A stretch of DNA of 28,664 nucleotides from Calditrichia bacterium (GCA_037381445.1 JARRQT010000043.1:1-28664); one strand, 5' to 3'; numbered from the stretch's first letter, positions 1-11,076 are shown. Made by a program: numbers and translations. Notes: generated by a model not told the origin, from the letters alone.

Positions 1-1358
1 TCCCCGGTGCCGCCGCTGGCAAGCCCCGGATTTCCGGTCGGATTCACATACACCCGGCCTTCCGGATCGGACACAATGGACGGCGCGCCCTTTAGCAGGA
101 GGTTTATCTTGTTTTCGCGGGAGAAATTCTGGGCGAGAGAAATGAATTCAACTGCCAACTGTTCCTTGCTTATATCTTTCAGGAACCGGAAGAATTCGCC
201 ATGGTGAGGCGTCAGGATCCAGTTGGGGTGCGGCGTCTTGAAAATTTCGGGATGTTTGGACATGGCAAACAAGGCATCCGCATCGATGACCGCCGGCTTC
301 TTGAAATTATTCAGCACGTCCATAATTGCCTCAATTGTTTCGGGACTGCGTCCCAGGCCCGGTCCGATGGCCAGAACATCGCAGGAATCGAGCAAATCCT
401 GGATATCCGGGATGCTTTTGGTATTGAAGTGGGCCGCATCTCCGGTGAAATACGGGCGTTTAATGACTTCCGTGAGCTTGGTTTCCAAAACCGGACCGAG
501 ACCTTCGGGGATTGCCAGGGTAATGAGACCGGCACCGATACGCAGAGCAGCTTCCGAGGAGAGAGTAGCGGCCCCGGTGAAGCCGGGTGAACCGGCGAGC
601 ACGGTAACGGTGCCGCATTTATACTTGTGAGTGTCGGCCTGACGAAGCGGAAGGAAAATGTCCTCTTTCTCAACCATATGAACCAGAATTTTATCGGAAT
701 TGCGCACATTTTTCGGAATTCCGATATCGGCGATATAGAGTTCGCCCACATGTGATTTGGCCGGATGAAAAACATGGCAGCGTTTGGGGAGCGCCATGGT
801 TACCGTCACATCAGAATCGATCACATCCCCTTCCACATCAGGGGAGTCCGCATTCAGCCCGGAGGGCACATCGACGGCAACGACCGGGCATTCAAAACCA
901 TTTATGAATCTGATTACATCCACCATGAATCCATGCACGGCCCCTTTTATGCCGGTGCCCAGGAGGGCATCTACAACAATATCGGGATATTCTTCCCACA
1001 GATCATCCAGTTGATCCTCTTCGGTAATGAAAGAATAGGGGATTTGCATTTTCTTCACGATGTCGAAATTGGTTCTGGCATCTCCGCTGATGTCCGTTTC
1101 CTCAGCAATAATAAATATGTGGACCTCGCAGCCGGAATCCCACAAATGTCGCGCAATTACGAATCCGTCTCCCCCGTTATTCCCTTTTCCGCAAAACACA
1201 AAAACAAGGGGTTCGGATAAATCCTTGACCATATTTTTGATGATCCGATAGGTCCCGACCCCGGCATTTTCCATCAGAACCACGCCGGGCACACCGAGGT
1301 CTTCTATGGTATGACGGTCCATTTCCCGCATTTCATCGGATGTGACGATATTAAGCAT
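1..1358 (-). CDS. nnrD: Bifunctional NAD(P)H-hydrate epimerase/dehydratase (YjeF family), runs off the window start
   Basis: Not in the ORF track; translated by hand from ATG at 1358 (SD GAGGAGGG upstream): MLNIVTSDEMREMDRHTIEDLGVPGVVLMENAG...CGKGNNGGDG (YjeF_N), with GNPGLASGGTG (kinase-like dehydratase motif) at the window edge in the same frame. Confidence 0.93.
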   Translation of the reverse strand, partial: MLNIVTSDEMREMDRHTIEDLGVPGVVLMENAGVGTYRIIKNMVKDLSEPLVFVFCGKGNNGGDGFVIARHLWDSGCEVHIFIIAEETDISGDARTNFDIVKKMQIPYSFITEEDQLDDLWEEYPDIVVDALLGTGIKGAVHGFMVDVIRFINGFECPVVAVDVPSGLNADSPDVEGDVIDSDVTVTMALPKRCHVFHPAKSHVGELYIADIGIPKNVRNSDKILVHMVEKEDIFLPLRQADTHKYKCGTVTVLAGSPGFTGAATLSSEAALRIGAGLITLAIPEGLGPVLETKLTEVIKRPYFTGDAAHFNTKSIPDIQDLLDSCDVLAIGPGLGRSPETIEAIMDVLNNFKKPAVIDADALFAMSKHPEIFKTPHPNWILTPHHGEFFRFLKDISKEQLAVEFISLAQNFSRENKINLLLKGAPSIVSDPEGRVYVNPTGNPGLASGGTG

Positions 1359-1570
1359 TTTTATTCCCTCCTCAGAATGAATATTCAGGCAGCGCAGCGC
1401 AATCCATAAATAATCAGGTACGCCCTGAACTTCAGATGACATCTAAGCCGTTTCGATATTTTGGCTTTGGTACTTATAAAAACCGATTCTATCCTGCATT
1501 TGCAGACAGAGACCACGGCTGGCTCCATGGCCTGAAAATATAACAAGGTGATTTTAAAACGATGGCGCGT

Positions 1571-2299
1571 TTATTCAGTTCCCCAATGACGGATCAGCTG
1601 GAGGGCTTCGTTGACCGCCCGTTCGATACCCACCCACAGGGCGCGCTGAATAAACTGGCCGCCAACGGTGATGTCTTCAAGATTGGGAATCTGCGCCAGG
1701 GCCGGGATATGATCATAACGGATGCCGCCCGAGCAGTTTATTCCCAGTCCCAGCTTGCTTGCCGCCATGGCGGAGGATTTCAGTTTGTCCAGCGAAACCA
1801 TTTCAATATTGATATCAGGGGCGCTGGTGTAGGTGGTTGCATCGAATTCAATGTAATCCACCGGCAATTTGCTGATTTGCTTAAGATCATTTATTTCCGG
1901 TTGAATGAGCACCGAGATGGATATATTGTTGGCCTGCAGATCAGGTAGCGCCTGACTCAAGCTTTCCATTTGAATGGCGGGATCGATGGCCGAGGCGGCT
2001 CTGGGCGAAGCGCCTTTGTTGTCGATGAAAGTCACCATATCGGGCATCAGGGACATGGCCAGGCGCACGGCCTCCTGCTCTATGGGAATGCGAAGGTTCA
2101 GGAAGGTTTTGCGGATTTCCCTGAGCACCCTCAGGTCCCGCTCCCGGAAACCCCGGTCATTTCCCAAATAGGTGCAGGTAAGTCCATTGGCTCCGGCGGT
2201 TTCTCCCAGGATCCCCAACTGAACTGGGTCATAGGCATCTGAATTCAGCGCCGATCGAATGTAAGTTATATCATCCAGCAGAAGGCTTAATCGTTTCAT
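1571..2299 (-). CDS. pdxJ: PdxJ-like TIM-barrel protein (pyridoxine 5'-phosphate synthase homolog) with degenerate active site
   Basis: 242 aa, colinear with PdxJ (DPVQ..GA.G.T, RDLRVLR, NL, ISVLI, YIEF, LGL.IN, RAL.VG...AV), but most catalytic residues are replaced. Confidence 0.75.
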   Translation of the reverse strand: MKRLSLLLDDITYIRSALNSDAYDPVQLGILGETAGANGLTCTYLGNDRGFRERDLRVLREIRKTFLNLRIPIEQEAVRLAMSLMPDMVTFIDNKGASPRAASAIDPAIQMESLSQALPDLQANNISISVLIQPEINDLKQISKLPVDYIEFDATTYTSAPDINIEMVSLDKLKSSAMAASKLGLGINCSGGIRYDHIPALAQIPNLEDITVGGQFIQRALWVGIERAVNEALQLIRHWGTE

Positions 2300-2314
2300 A
2301 AAGACGAACTCCGT

Positions 2315-2818
2315 TTAAATTTTTTGATCTTCCCATAGGCTAATATAATATTTTTTACCCCTCAGGATAAACTGAAAAAGCACTTCCCCGTTCAGCGGGG
2401 GGATGGATCTGCCGCCATCGAGGGTCAGCGTAAAAGTGATCTTGTATTCCGGTGAAATAATAGTCGTGTCCAAAGGAATGATAGAATTAAATACAACATC
2501 CAGCGTACTGAAATAGCGAAACATTCGTCCGGTGGTGCGCAGTTCAATGTCCCGTCCCCACTCAATGGGCTGGGGTGGATATTCATTGTAGTCCACGCTC
2601 TTGAAGATAAAAGTGCTGTCCAGTATCTCGCTGTAAACCAGAGAATCTTTAAAGGTATAGGCATACCGAAAATTATCCAGTACTTCTTCAGGGGTCCGCT
2701 GCTGCGTTATGAGCCTCGAATGAGGGGTATTCTCGTCCGCCAGGGAAGGCGCGAAGGGGTTCCTGCATGAAAGAAAAAAGAGAATTGCGAGTAATAAAAG
2801 TGCGGTTAAACGCATCAT
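2315..2818 (-). CDS. Lipoprotein of unknown function, possibly NTF2-like; paralog of 2822..3406
   Basis: Signal peptide with lipobox FLSC, then RNPF; shares motifs with the neighbouring gene. Confidence 0.75.
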   Translation of the reverse strand: MMRLTALLLLAILFFLSCRNPFAPSLADENTPHSRLITQQRTPEEVLDNFRYAYTFKDSLVYSEILDSTFIFKSVDYNEYPPQPIEWGRDIELRTTGRMFRYFSTLDVVFNSIIPLDTTIISPEYKITFTLTLDGGRSIPPLNGEVLFQFILRGKKYYISLWEDQKI

Positions 2819-2821
2819 ATC

Positions 2822-3406
2822 CTAACGGTAATTGGCTTTCAGAGTGGACCAGGTGCTGTCGGCGTCATTTGAATTCGCCTGAAGATCCTCCCAGAAATAG
2901 ACATACCAGAGCGTCTGCGGAGAACGAACAATCTTAAAAATGCTCTGACCCCGATAAAATTCTTTTTTCAATTTATAATCGATTTCTATTTCATAGGAGA
3001 AACGGGTCTGCATGGTGTCCTGGGATGCACCCAAAATTGTCCAGTCCTGGACGTTATAGATCTGCAGCAGCAGATTGTTGATATCTTTATTATTGATCAG
3101 TCTGTTAAAATAATTAAATTCATCCTCGCGGGTCCAAAAGGGGAGGCGGTAAGATTCATTCTGCTGAGGTATAAAAACAAAGCGCGCATTAATGAGTGTC
3201 GAGTCCGCCAGACACTGCATGTAATAATTGATATCTTTTTGCCCGAAAGCATATTTAAATTTTGCCAGCAATGAGTCGGGATAGTTCTGCAGGCTGTTGA
3301 TGGGCTGGGTTGGATTATTGCTCCGCGGCTTGTCCGGCTCACGGGTGCCGAATGGATTGGTGCATCCGATCAAAAAAATGAAAGAAATGATAAAAAATAT
3401 TTTCAT
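2822..3406 (-). CDS. Lipoprotein of unknown function, possibly NTF2-like; paralog of 2315..2818
   Basis: Signal peptide with lipobox LIGC, then TNPF; 3 bp from the next gene. Confidence 0.75.
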   Translation of the reverse strand: MKIFFIISFIFLIGCTNPFGTREPDKPRSNNPTQPINSLQNYPDSLLAKFKYAFGQKDINYYMQCLADSTLINARFVFIPQQNESYRLPFWTREDEFNYFNRLINNKDINNLLLQIYNVQDWTILGASQDTMQTRFSYEIEIDYKLKKEFYRGQSIFKIVRSPQTLWYVYFWEDLQANSNDADSTWSTLKANYR

Positions 3407-3474
3407 GCCGTTTAAATTTACGCAGATGAATGATATATTTCAAAAAGAAAATAGTTATGACCCTGAAAAGATAG

Positions 3475-5514
<2,040 letters not shown>

Positions 5515-5564
5515 TTTTGAGGGAATTGTCTCTTTTCTGAATCTCACAGATAAGGAAATTTCGA

Positions 5565-6209
5565 ATGCTGAAAAAAACCGATGTGAACAAAGTGCTGGAA
5601 ATTTTAGAGAAGGAATACGGAAATACCGGGACCGCTCTGAAATTCCAGAGTCCTTTTCAGCTGCTGGTTTCCACCATGCTGGCAGCCCAGAGCACTGATA
5701 AGCAGGTGAATAAGATTACTTCCGAATTATACCGCCAATATCCTGAGCCAAAGGATTTTATAAGACTCAGCCAGGACGAACTGGAGGAAAAGATCAAATC
5801 CATCGGGTTATACAGGAATAAGGCGAAAAACATCTTATCAATGGTGCGAATGCTGGTGAGCGAATACGGCAGTGTCGTCCCTCAGACCCGGGAAGAGCTG
5901 GTCAGGCTGCCGGGGGTCGGGCGAAAGACCGCCAATGTGGTGCTCAGCGTCGGTTTCCGGCATGACGCCATTGCAGTGGACACGCACGTATTCCGGGTTT
6001 CAAACAGAATCGGGCTGGCATCGGCAAAGAATGTCAGGGAGACCGAAGAGCAGCTCATGAAAAACATTCCCCAAAAAGACTGGTCTTCAGCCCATCACTG
6101 GTTAATCTGGCACGGCAGGCAGATCTGCAGGGCCCAGAATCCACGCTGTGAGATATGTCCTGTTCAGGAATTTTGCGAATATTACAAATCAGTTCTATCG
6201 GAAAAGTGA
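5565..6209 (+). CDS. nth: Endonuclease III
   Basis: AQSTD, HhH LPGVGRKTANVV, VDTHVFRV, and [4Fe-4S] motif C-x6-C-x2-C-x5-C. Confidence 0.98.
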   Translation: MLKKTDVNKVLEILEKEYGNTGTALKFQSPFQLLVSTMLAAQSTDKQVNKITSELYRQYPEPKDFIRLSQDELEEKIKSIGLYRNKAKNILSMVRMLVSEYGSVVPQTREELVRLPGVGRKTANVVLSVGFRHDAIAVDTHVFRVSNRIGLASAKNVRETEEQLMKNIPQKDWSSAHHWLIWHGRQICRAQNPRCEICPVQEFCEYYKSVLSEK

Positions 6210-6274
6210 TGCTCAACTGAGCATTGCAGTAGGAGATTTCTCCTGCAGGGGAGAGGTTGAAAAACTCTTGAGGT

Positions 6275-8227
6275 CTATTTCCAGGCTGAAGGGGCAGCCT
6301 TCCGGTTGAAAATCATATCATTCCCCACAAAATAGAGCGCCCGGGCTTTCTGCTGCAGCTTCTTCACGACTTCTGGTTTTTCGGCAGCGAAATTATGTTT
6401 GGTATTTTCCGACTGATATCGATAAAGTTCAGGTGTGCCGTCTATATGGTCAATCAGATACCAGTCATTCCAGATAAATCCCAGCATTTTCCCTTCCTGC
6501 ATCAAGGCATATCCACCAAACTGATTGGGCATATGCAGAACATCCCGCCCCAAATTTGTGGTCCGATAGTCCATTTTGAGCTGTCCCAAAATTGTTTGGG
6601 ACAAGTCGATCTGTCCGGTAATATTTTTGACTATCTCGGGTTTTATGATATCCGGATTATATATGAGGCAGGGAATGTGAGTGAGCTGCAGGTTAAAATC
6701 ATAGCCGGAAGTCTCCGCCCTGCCGTGATCGCCGGTGATAATAAAAATGGTGTTCCTGAAATATTTTTCATGCGCAGCTAGGTCGAAGAAGTGTTCCAGC
6801 GCCCAATCCGTATAATGAAAAGTGGAGCGGAATTCTTTCCCGGGAACCTGAGGAATTATCCAGGGGCCGTGATTATTGGTCGATAAAACAACGCCGAAAA
6901 AAGGCTCCCGGGCATTACGGAACTGCTCATTCATCTTCTCAAACAATTTATGGTCCGCTACCCCAAGGCTGCTCAACACTTCATCCCGGTGAAAATCAAA
7001 TTGCGAGATAACGTGGTCCACGCCGTTCCCGCGCAGAAAACCGGCCATATTATCAAAATTAGGATCGTGGGATACGCCGAAATAGCCGGTATACCCCTTC
7101 TTTCGAAGAATATTCAGCAGTCCGGAGAACTCCTGCTGACCGATGTTCTGTTTCAGTACCGATTTTCCGTAGACATTGGGCATTCCGAAGAGGCTTGAAA
7201 AAAGACCGATATAGGTATGAAAACCGTTCGAATAGAAATTTGGGAAATATATCCCCTTGTCTTTTATCCGATTGAAGAAGAGCGGAATTCCCTCTTTTTC
7301 ATATTTCCTGATATCATAATCCGAATAACTTTCCAGCAGAAAGATCACCACATTATAGGGTTTTGAATCTTCCCCGAATTTATAGGTCCGGAGGGGAAAT
7401 TTATTGGGCACGCCGGTGGAGTCAGCGGACATCTTTTCCACGATGTTATAGGCCTGCCGGCGATCCGCAATTCCCAGCAATTTCTGCAGATCCGCCTGGT
7501 CGGTTTTTTGATAGATGATATCGTTGGCAAGCGTATACACGCCGTTCAGCGCCAGTTGATTTGCGAAATTATAGCTGCTGAAATAGGCGTGTCCCCAGCG
7601 TAGGGGGGTTTTGTAACTTAAGGTCCCGCGAATTCCGAGAAAAATCAGAGGCACAGCCAGAACGAATGCGGTTATTTTTAAAAAGAAACCTTCCTCTGTG
7701 CTGCGACGATAATAACGGTCCTGCAATTTTTTGAACATCAGAAAAATCAGGGAAACCAGCAGCACGATCCCCAGAATATACCAGACCACTGGATATGATT
7801 CCCAAATCATCTTTATTACAAAGGCCGGATTTTCACCCCAGTTGATAAAAAAAGAATTTAAACGAACTTGGAAATACCTGAAAAATTCGATTTCACTGAT
7901 ACCCAGGAACACATAAAGGGAAGCAAAAAGAGTCAGATAGATGAGATTAACAATTCTGAGTTTGCGCCGCCAGTTTGCCAAATAGAACAAATAGTTGAGG
8001 AGGAAAAGTGGAGCAATAGTCATCAGCGTTATGGAGAGATCGAAGCGAGCTCCCACCAAAAACGATTTCATTAAAACAAGAGCCGGAATGTGCCGGAAAT
8101 CCGAATGATTAAAAACCAGCAAGAGCAGCCGCAGTCCTTCGAAAATTCCCAGGAACAGTACACTGATCCAAAAGAAGTAGACCAGGAAAGGAGATTTGAA
8201 GAATTTTGGTATCCTAATTTGCGTCAA
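6275..8227 (-). CDS. LTA synthase/MdoB-family membrane phosphoglycerol transferase (sulfatase fold)
   Basis: About five N-terminal TM segments, then NVVIFLLES, putative nucleophile Thr in GFHT, STNNHGPW and TGDHG metal ligands. TTG start. Confidence 0.88.
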   Translation of the reverse strand: MTQIRIPKFFKSPFLVYFFWISVLFLGIFEGLRLLLLVFNHSDFRHIPALVLMKSFLVGARFDLSITLMTIAPLFLLNYLFYLANWRRKLRIVNLIYLTLFASLYVFLGISEIEFFRYFQVRLNSFFINWGENPAFVIKMIWESYPVVWYILGIVLLVSLIFLMFKKLQDRYYRRSTEEGFFLKITAFVLAVPLIFLGIRGTLSYKTPLRWGHAYFSSYNFANQLALNGVYTLANDIIYQKTDQADLQKLLGIADRRQAYNIVEKMSADSTGVPNKFPLRTYKFGEDSKPYNVVIFLLESYSDYDIRKYEKEGIPLFFNRIKDKGIYFPNFYSNGFHTYIGLFSSLFGMPNVYGKSVLKQNIGQQEFSGLLNILRKKGYTGYFGVSHDPNFDNMAGFLRGNGVDHVISQFDFHRDEVLSSLGVADHKLFEKMNEQFRNAREPFFGVVLSTNNHGPWIIPQVPGKEFRSTFHYTDWALEHFFDLAAHEKYFRNTIFIITGDHGRAETSGYDFNLQLTHIPCLIYNPDIIKPEIVKNITGQIDLSQTILGQLKMDYRTTNLGRDVLHMPNQFGGYALMQEGKMLGFIWNDWYLIDHIDGTPELYRYQSENTKHNFAAEKPEVVKKLQQKARALYFVGNDMIFNRKAAPSAWK

Positions 8228-8390
8228 GTTACGATCCGCATATGGTTGAATTTATAAATCTGCCCAATATAAATCATTAGGGCATTGGGCGCATTTATTT
8301 TTTCAATTATATCCCAACAAAAATTGTGGGTGATTTAAAACGCATGAAAATTTTTCAATTCCATTCGACTCAATTTCTTCCGTCCCCATC

Positions 8391-8419
8391 TTGACAAAAT
8401 CCACGAATTCTCTTAAATT
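8391..8419 (+). promoter_or_regulatory. Sigma-70-type promoter
   Basis: TTGACA (8391-8396), 17 nt spacer, TAAATT (8414-8419), upstream of ATG 8487. Confidence 0.6.
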
Positions 8420-8486
8420 CTTATCGTCCTATTTTATTTGTTATAAAATCGCTTATCATAAAAAAGCAATAAGACGGGAAAATAAA

Positions 8487-10403
8487 ATGCGCGTTTGCCG
8501 GGCATTGCAATCCCTTGCTCTGATTTCCCTTTTTCTCTGTGTCATTGACACGGGGACCGCCCAGGAATACCAGTATCTTGAAGATCTCTATGATTACAGC
8601 GATGATGAGGAATCGGAAAACCAGGACTGGCAGGAATATTTGTGGGAGCTTCTCCAGCATCCGCTGGATGTGAACCGGCTTGAACTGAATGACCTGTTAA
8701 AGATACCGTTCCTCTCTACGTCGCTTTCCCAGAATATTATAAAATACCGGAACAGCAGGAAAAATATCAGTGACCTGGATGAACTATTGCAGATCGATGG
8801 AATGGATGACGAGTTGCTGGAGACCGTGAAGCTTTTTTTGACCGTGCAGAAAAAAACCGTTCCCTCCCAGTACGTTTATCGGATGAAATCCAAATATGAA
8901 TATCCCGAGAGGGACGGCTTTTTGGAGAATGAGTACCACAATCCCTATTATCTGCAGCATCGCCTCCTGTTTGAAACAGGGGGCACGATTTCCGGCAATA
9001 TTTTATGGGAAAAGGATGCCGGAGAGACAGCTTTTAACGATTTCGCGAGCTATCACCTGCAATATCAACATCCGAAGGAATTTTTTTCCGTCATTCTGGG
9101 GGATTTTCAAATCAAGATGGGGAACGGACTCATTCTCTGGTCGCCTTACGGACAATCATTTTCCCCTGCCGCTTTTCCTGTTTTCCCGGGCCGCGGAGAA
9201 CTTATTGACGGAAACCGCTCCGCTAACGAAACCGGATATCTCAGGGGCCTCGCCTCACGGGTGAATCTCATCAGGGGCTTGCGTATGCACACCTTTTATT
9301 CCAAAAGATTTCTGGATGCCACATTAGCTGAAGATAACCTGGTGAAGAGTGTTTATTCTTCGGGCTTGCACAGAACAGAAACGGAAAAATCCAAAATTGG
9401 GGCTCTCAGAGAGATTTTATGGGGAGGAATTCTGGAGAAAAAATTTTCAACAGGATTCATCCAGTTGGGAGCCGTCAGATCTTTCCACCAGCCGACCTTT
9501 CAGAATTCAGAAAATTCGCGAATCTATTCAAACCTCTGCTACCGTTTGGATTTAGGCGAAATGACGCCAGCGGGGGAAATTGCACTGCTCGGCGGAAAAT
9601 ATCCCGCAATCAACCAAAGTCTTTATTTTTCCGGCAGAAATTTCAAATATCAGGTGCTCGGCTATTATTATCATCCGCAATTTATTTCCGTGCACGGCAG
9701 GGCCCCCGGCTCTCTAAGTCAACTGCCATCCAACCGCACTGGTACTGCATTCATTGTTAATTATAAAATTGCCTCTTCCACAAGGCTGGGCGGATCTGCC
9801 CATTTTTACCGCGCTGTCGCCGACCCGGAAGATGCAGTTTTTCTCAAAAGGGACTATTCAATCGAACTCAGTCAAAAATTTCTCAAACAGAACGTTAAGC
9901 TGCGGTTCCGGCAGAAAAACCGGGCGAATGCGGTGGAAAGCTCATTCGCTTCCGAGCAGAAGATCAATTCACTCCGCCTGGAACAACGGCTGCCGGTGAA
10001 CCGCGCGATTGGAATCCAAAACCGCCTCGAACTGCACTGGGCCAAACCGCTGGAAGAAAACAACCGTTATTACGGGATTAATTTTTTTCATCAGGTGGAC
10101 TGGAAATATCAAAAAAAGTGGCGTTTTCTGTTCAGGTGGTCCGTCTTTGACGTTCCGGATTATGCATTGAGGATTTATGAGTTCGAACCCGATCTGCCGG
10201 GGAATTTCCGAATTGTTTTACTAAACGGACGCGGATACAAATTCATGACCACCGTGCGCTGGCAGCCACTTCCGTTCGCGCAATTTGACTTCAAATACCA
10301 ACAGCGCTACTATCCGGATCTTGAAAGCGTGGGATCCGGTCTTGACCGGATTAAAACCAACCGCGTCCACGAATTCCGCATGTCAGTTGTATTGAGTCGC
10401 TGA
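8487..10403 (+). CDS. Exported helix-hairpin-helix (ComEA-like) protein with probable outer-membrane beta-barrel
   Basis: Signal peptide from ATG 8487; PLDVN..L.DLLKIPFL...IIKYR...LDELLQIDG HhH pattern; later EKDAGE, LGDF, G.GL and amphipathic aromatic-rich strands. Confidence 0.8.
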   Translation: MRVCRALQSLALISLFLCVIDTGTAQEYQYLEDLYDYSDDEESENQDWQEYLWELLQHPLDVNRLELNDLLKIPFLSTSLSQNIIKYRNSRKNISDLDELLQIDGMDDELLETVKLFLTVQKKTVPSQYVYRMKSKYEYPERDGFLENEYHNPYYLQHRLLFETGGTISGNILWEKDAGETAFNDFASYHLQYQHPKEFFSVILGDFQIKMGNGLILWSPYGQSFSPAAFPVFPGRGELIDGNRSANETGYLRGLASRVNLIRGLRMHTFYSKRFLDATLAEDNLVKSVYSSGLHRTETEKSKIGALREILWGGILEKKFSTGFIQLGAVRSFHQPTFQNSENSRIYSNLCYRLDLGEMTPAGEIALLGGKYPAINQSLYFSGRNFKYQVLGYYYHPQFISVHGRAPGSLSQLPSNRTGTAFIVNYKIASSTRLGGSAHFYRAVADPEDAVFLKRDYSIELSQKFLKQNVKLRFRQKNRANAVESSFASEQKINSLRLEQRLPVNRAIGIQNRLELHWAKPLEENNRYYGINFFHQVDWKYQKKWRFLFRWSVFDVPDYALRIYEFEPDLPGNFRIVLLNGRGYKFMTTVRWQPLPFAQFDFKYQQRYYPDLESVGSGLDRIKTNRVHEFRMSVVLSR

Positions 10404-10431
10404 CAGGATAGCTCGCAAAAAACATGTAAAT

Positions 10432-10448
10432 GCCGGCAGCCTGCCGGC
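10432..10448 (-). other. Candidate bacterial SECIS element for the FmdB gene
   Basis: mRNA GCCGGCA-GGC-UGCCGGC, perfect 7-bp stem with G-starting loop. The stem starts 13 nt after the UGA at 10464-10462 and has no adjacent U-tract. Confidence 0.6.
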
Positions 10449-10455
10449 CCAGTAA

Positions 10456-10665
10456 TCATCCTCAGGTAAAATGACCGCTTCCACCGGAGCCGCAGGAACC
10501 GCCGCCTCCCGCTGCGCTGCCACCGGCAGTGGCAAAAAGGGAAACCTGTTTTTCAGTATTGGCGCTGCCGCATTTGGGGCATTCCATTTCATTGCTTCGG
10601 GCAAATGAAACCAGTTCCTCAAATTTTTCACCGCAATCTTTGCACAAATATTCGTATAATGGCAT
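10456..10665 (-). CDS. FmdB-family zinc-ribbon protein, probable selenoprotein ending ...GHFT-U-G
   Basis: MPLYEYLCKDCG...CPKCGS signature. The TGA at 10464-10462 is followed by GGA TGA and a SECIS-like hairpin. Without recoding the CDS is 10462..10665. Confidence 0.85.
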
Positions 10666-10734
10666 ATTCAGCTATTCCTTTTTAGCACAAAAAAGTGCAG
10701 AATTTTTATATATCAACTCGATTAAATAACGATA

Positions 10735-11076
10735 TCAATCATTCGTTATTCTGGCATATGCCCGATGTTTATCCTCCAAAGCGCTTCTCAACAGCAATGA
10801 TTCCATATCTGTTAAATATTGATGATTCTCGAGTGAATTCAGCCTTTCGCTCAGAATTTTAAGCCGTGTTCCGGCAGCCTCGGAGTTTCCCTTGGCGAGC
10901 ATATCGGCCAGTTCATCCAGATCACTTTTGAATTTGTTATAAATATCGTTTCTGTCGCCCGGCACGGAGCAATAATTACCATTTGCTCCTCAGGTAGGGA
11001 CACCCAGCCTCGGCAAAATAAAAAACCAGAAAAACAGAAAGAGACTGAACAAAATTATTCCGTAATAGTCCTGCAA
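10735..11076 (-). CDS. Unannotated single-TM protein with in-frame TGA (candidate selenoprotein, 113 aa)
   Basis: GGAAGG SD, 9 nt, TTG at 11076: MQDYYGIILFSLFLFFWFFILPRLGVPT-(TGA 10992-10990)-GANGNYCS, continuing in frame into the 10735..10965 ORF (VPGDRNDIYNKF...). Confidence 0.6.

Noticed and set aside
7..1251. Short ORFs in the track over the first 1.25 kb
   Set aside because: Antisense or off-frame shadows of the minus-strand nnrD/E gene, which the track missed because its stop lies outside the window.
1359..1570. Possible riboswitch or ncRNA upstream of nnrD/E
   Set aside because: Only a weak short hairpin; no recognisable RNA family motif.
6207..6260. nth TGA followed by TGC and two hairpins (possible Sec readthrough UCSTEHC)
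   Set aside because: Nth is already complete at normal length; hairpins between convergent genes are more simply termination or stability structures.
8391..8486. TTG-start extension of the HhH protein
   Set aside because: The TTG is the -35 box of a promoter, and the signal peptide starts at ATG 8487.
10404..10458. Second TGA of the FmdB gene also read as Sec
   Set aside because: It is only 7 nt from the hairpin stem, and readthrough would run into the convergent gene.
10851..10982. Alternative-frame ORF from ATG 10982 after GAGGAG
   Set aside because: SD-to-start spacing is only 3 nt, and the short product is unrecognisable and overlaps the better frame.
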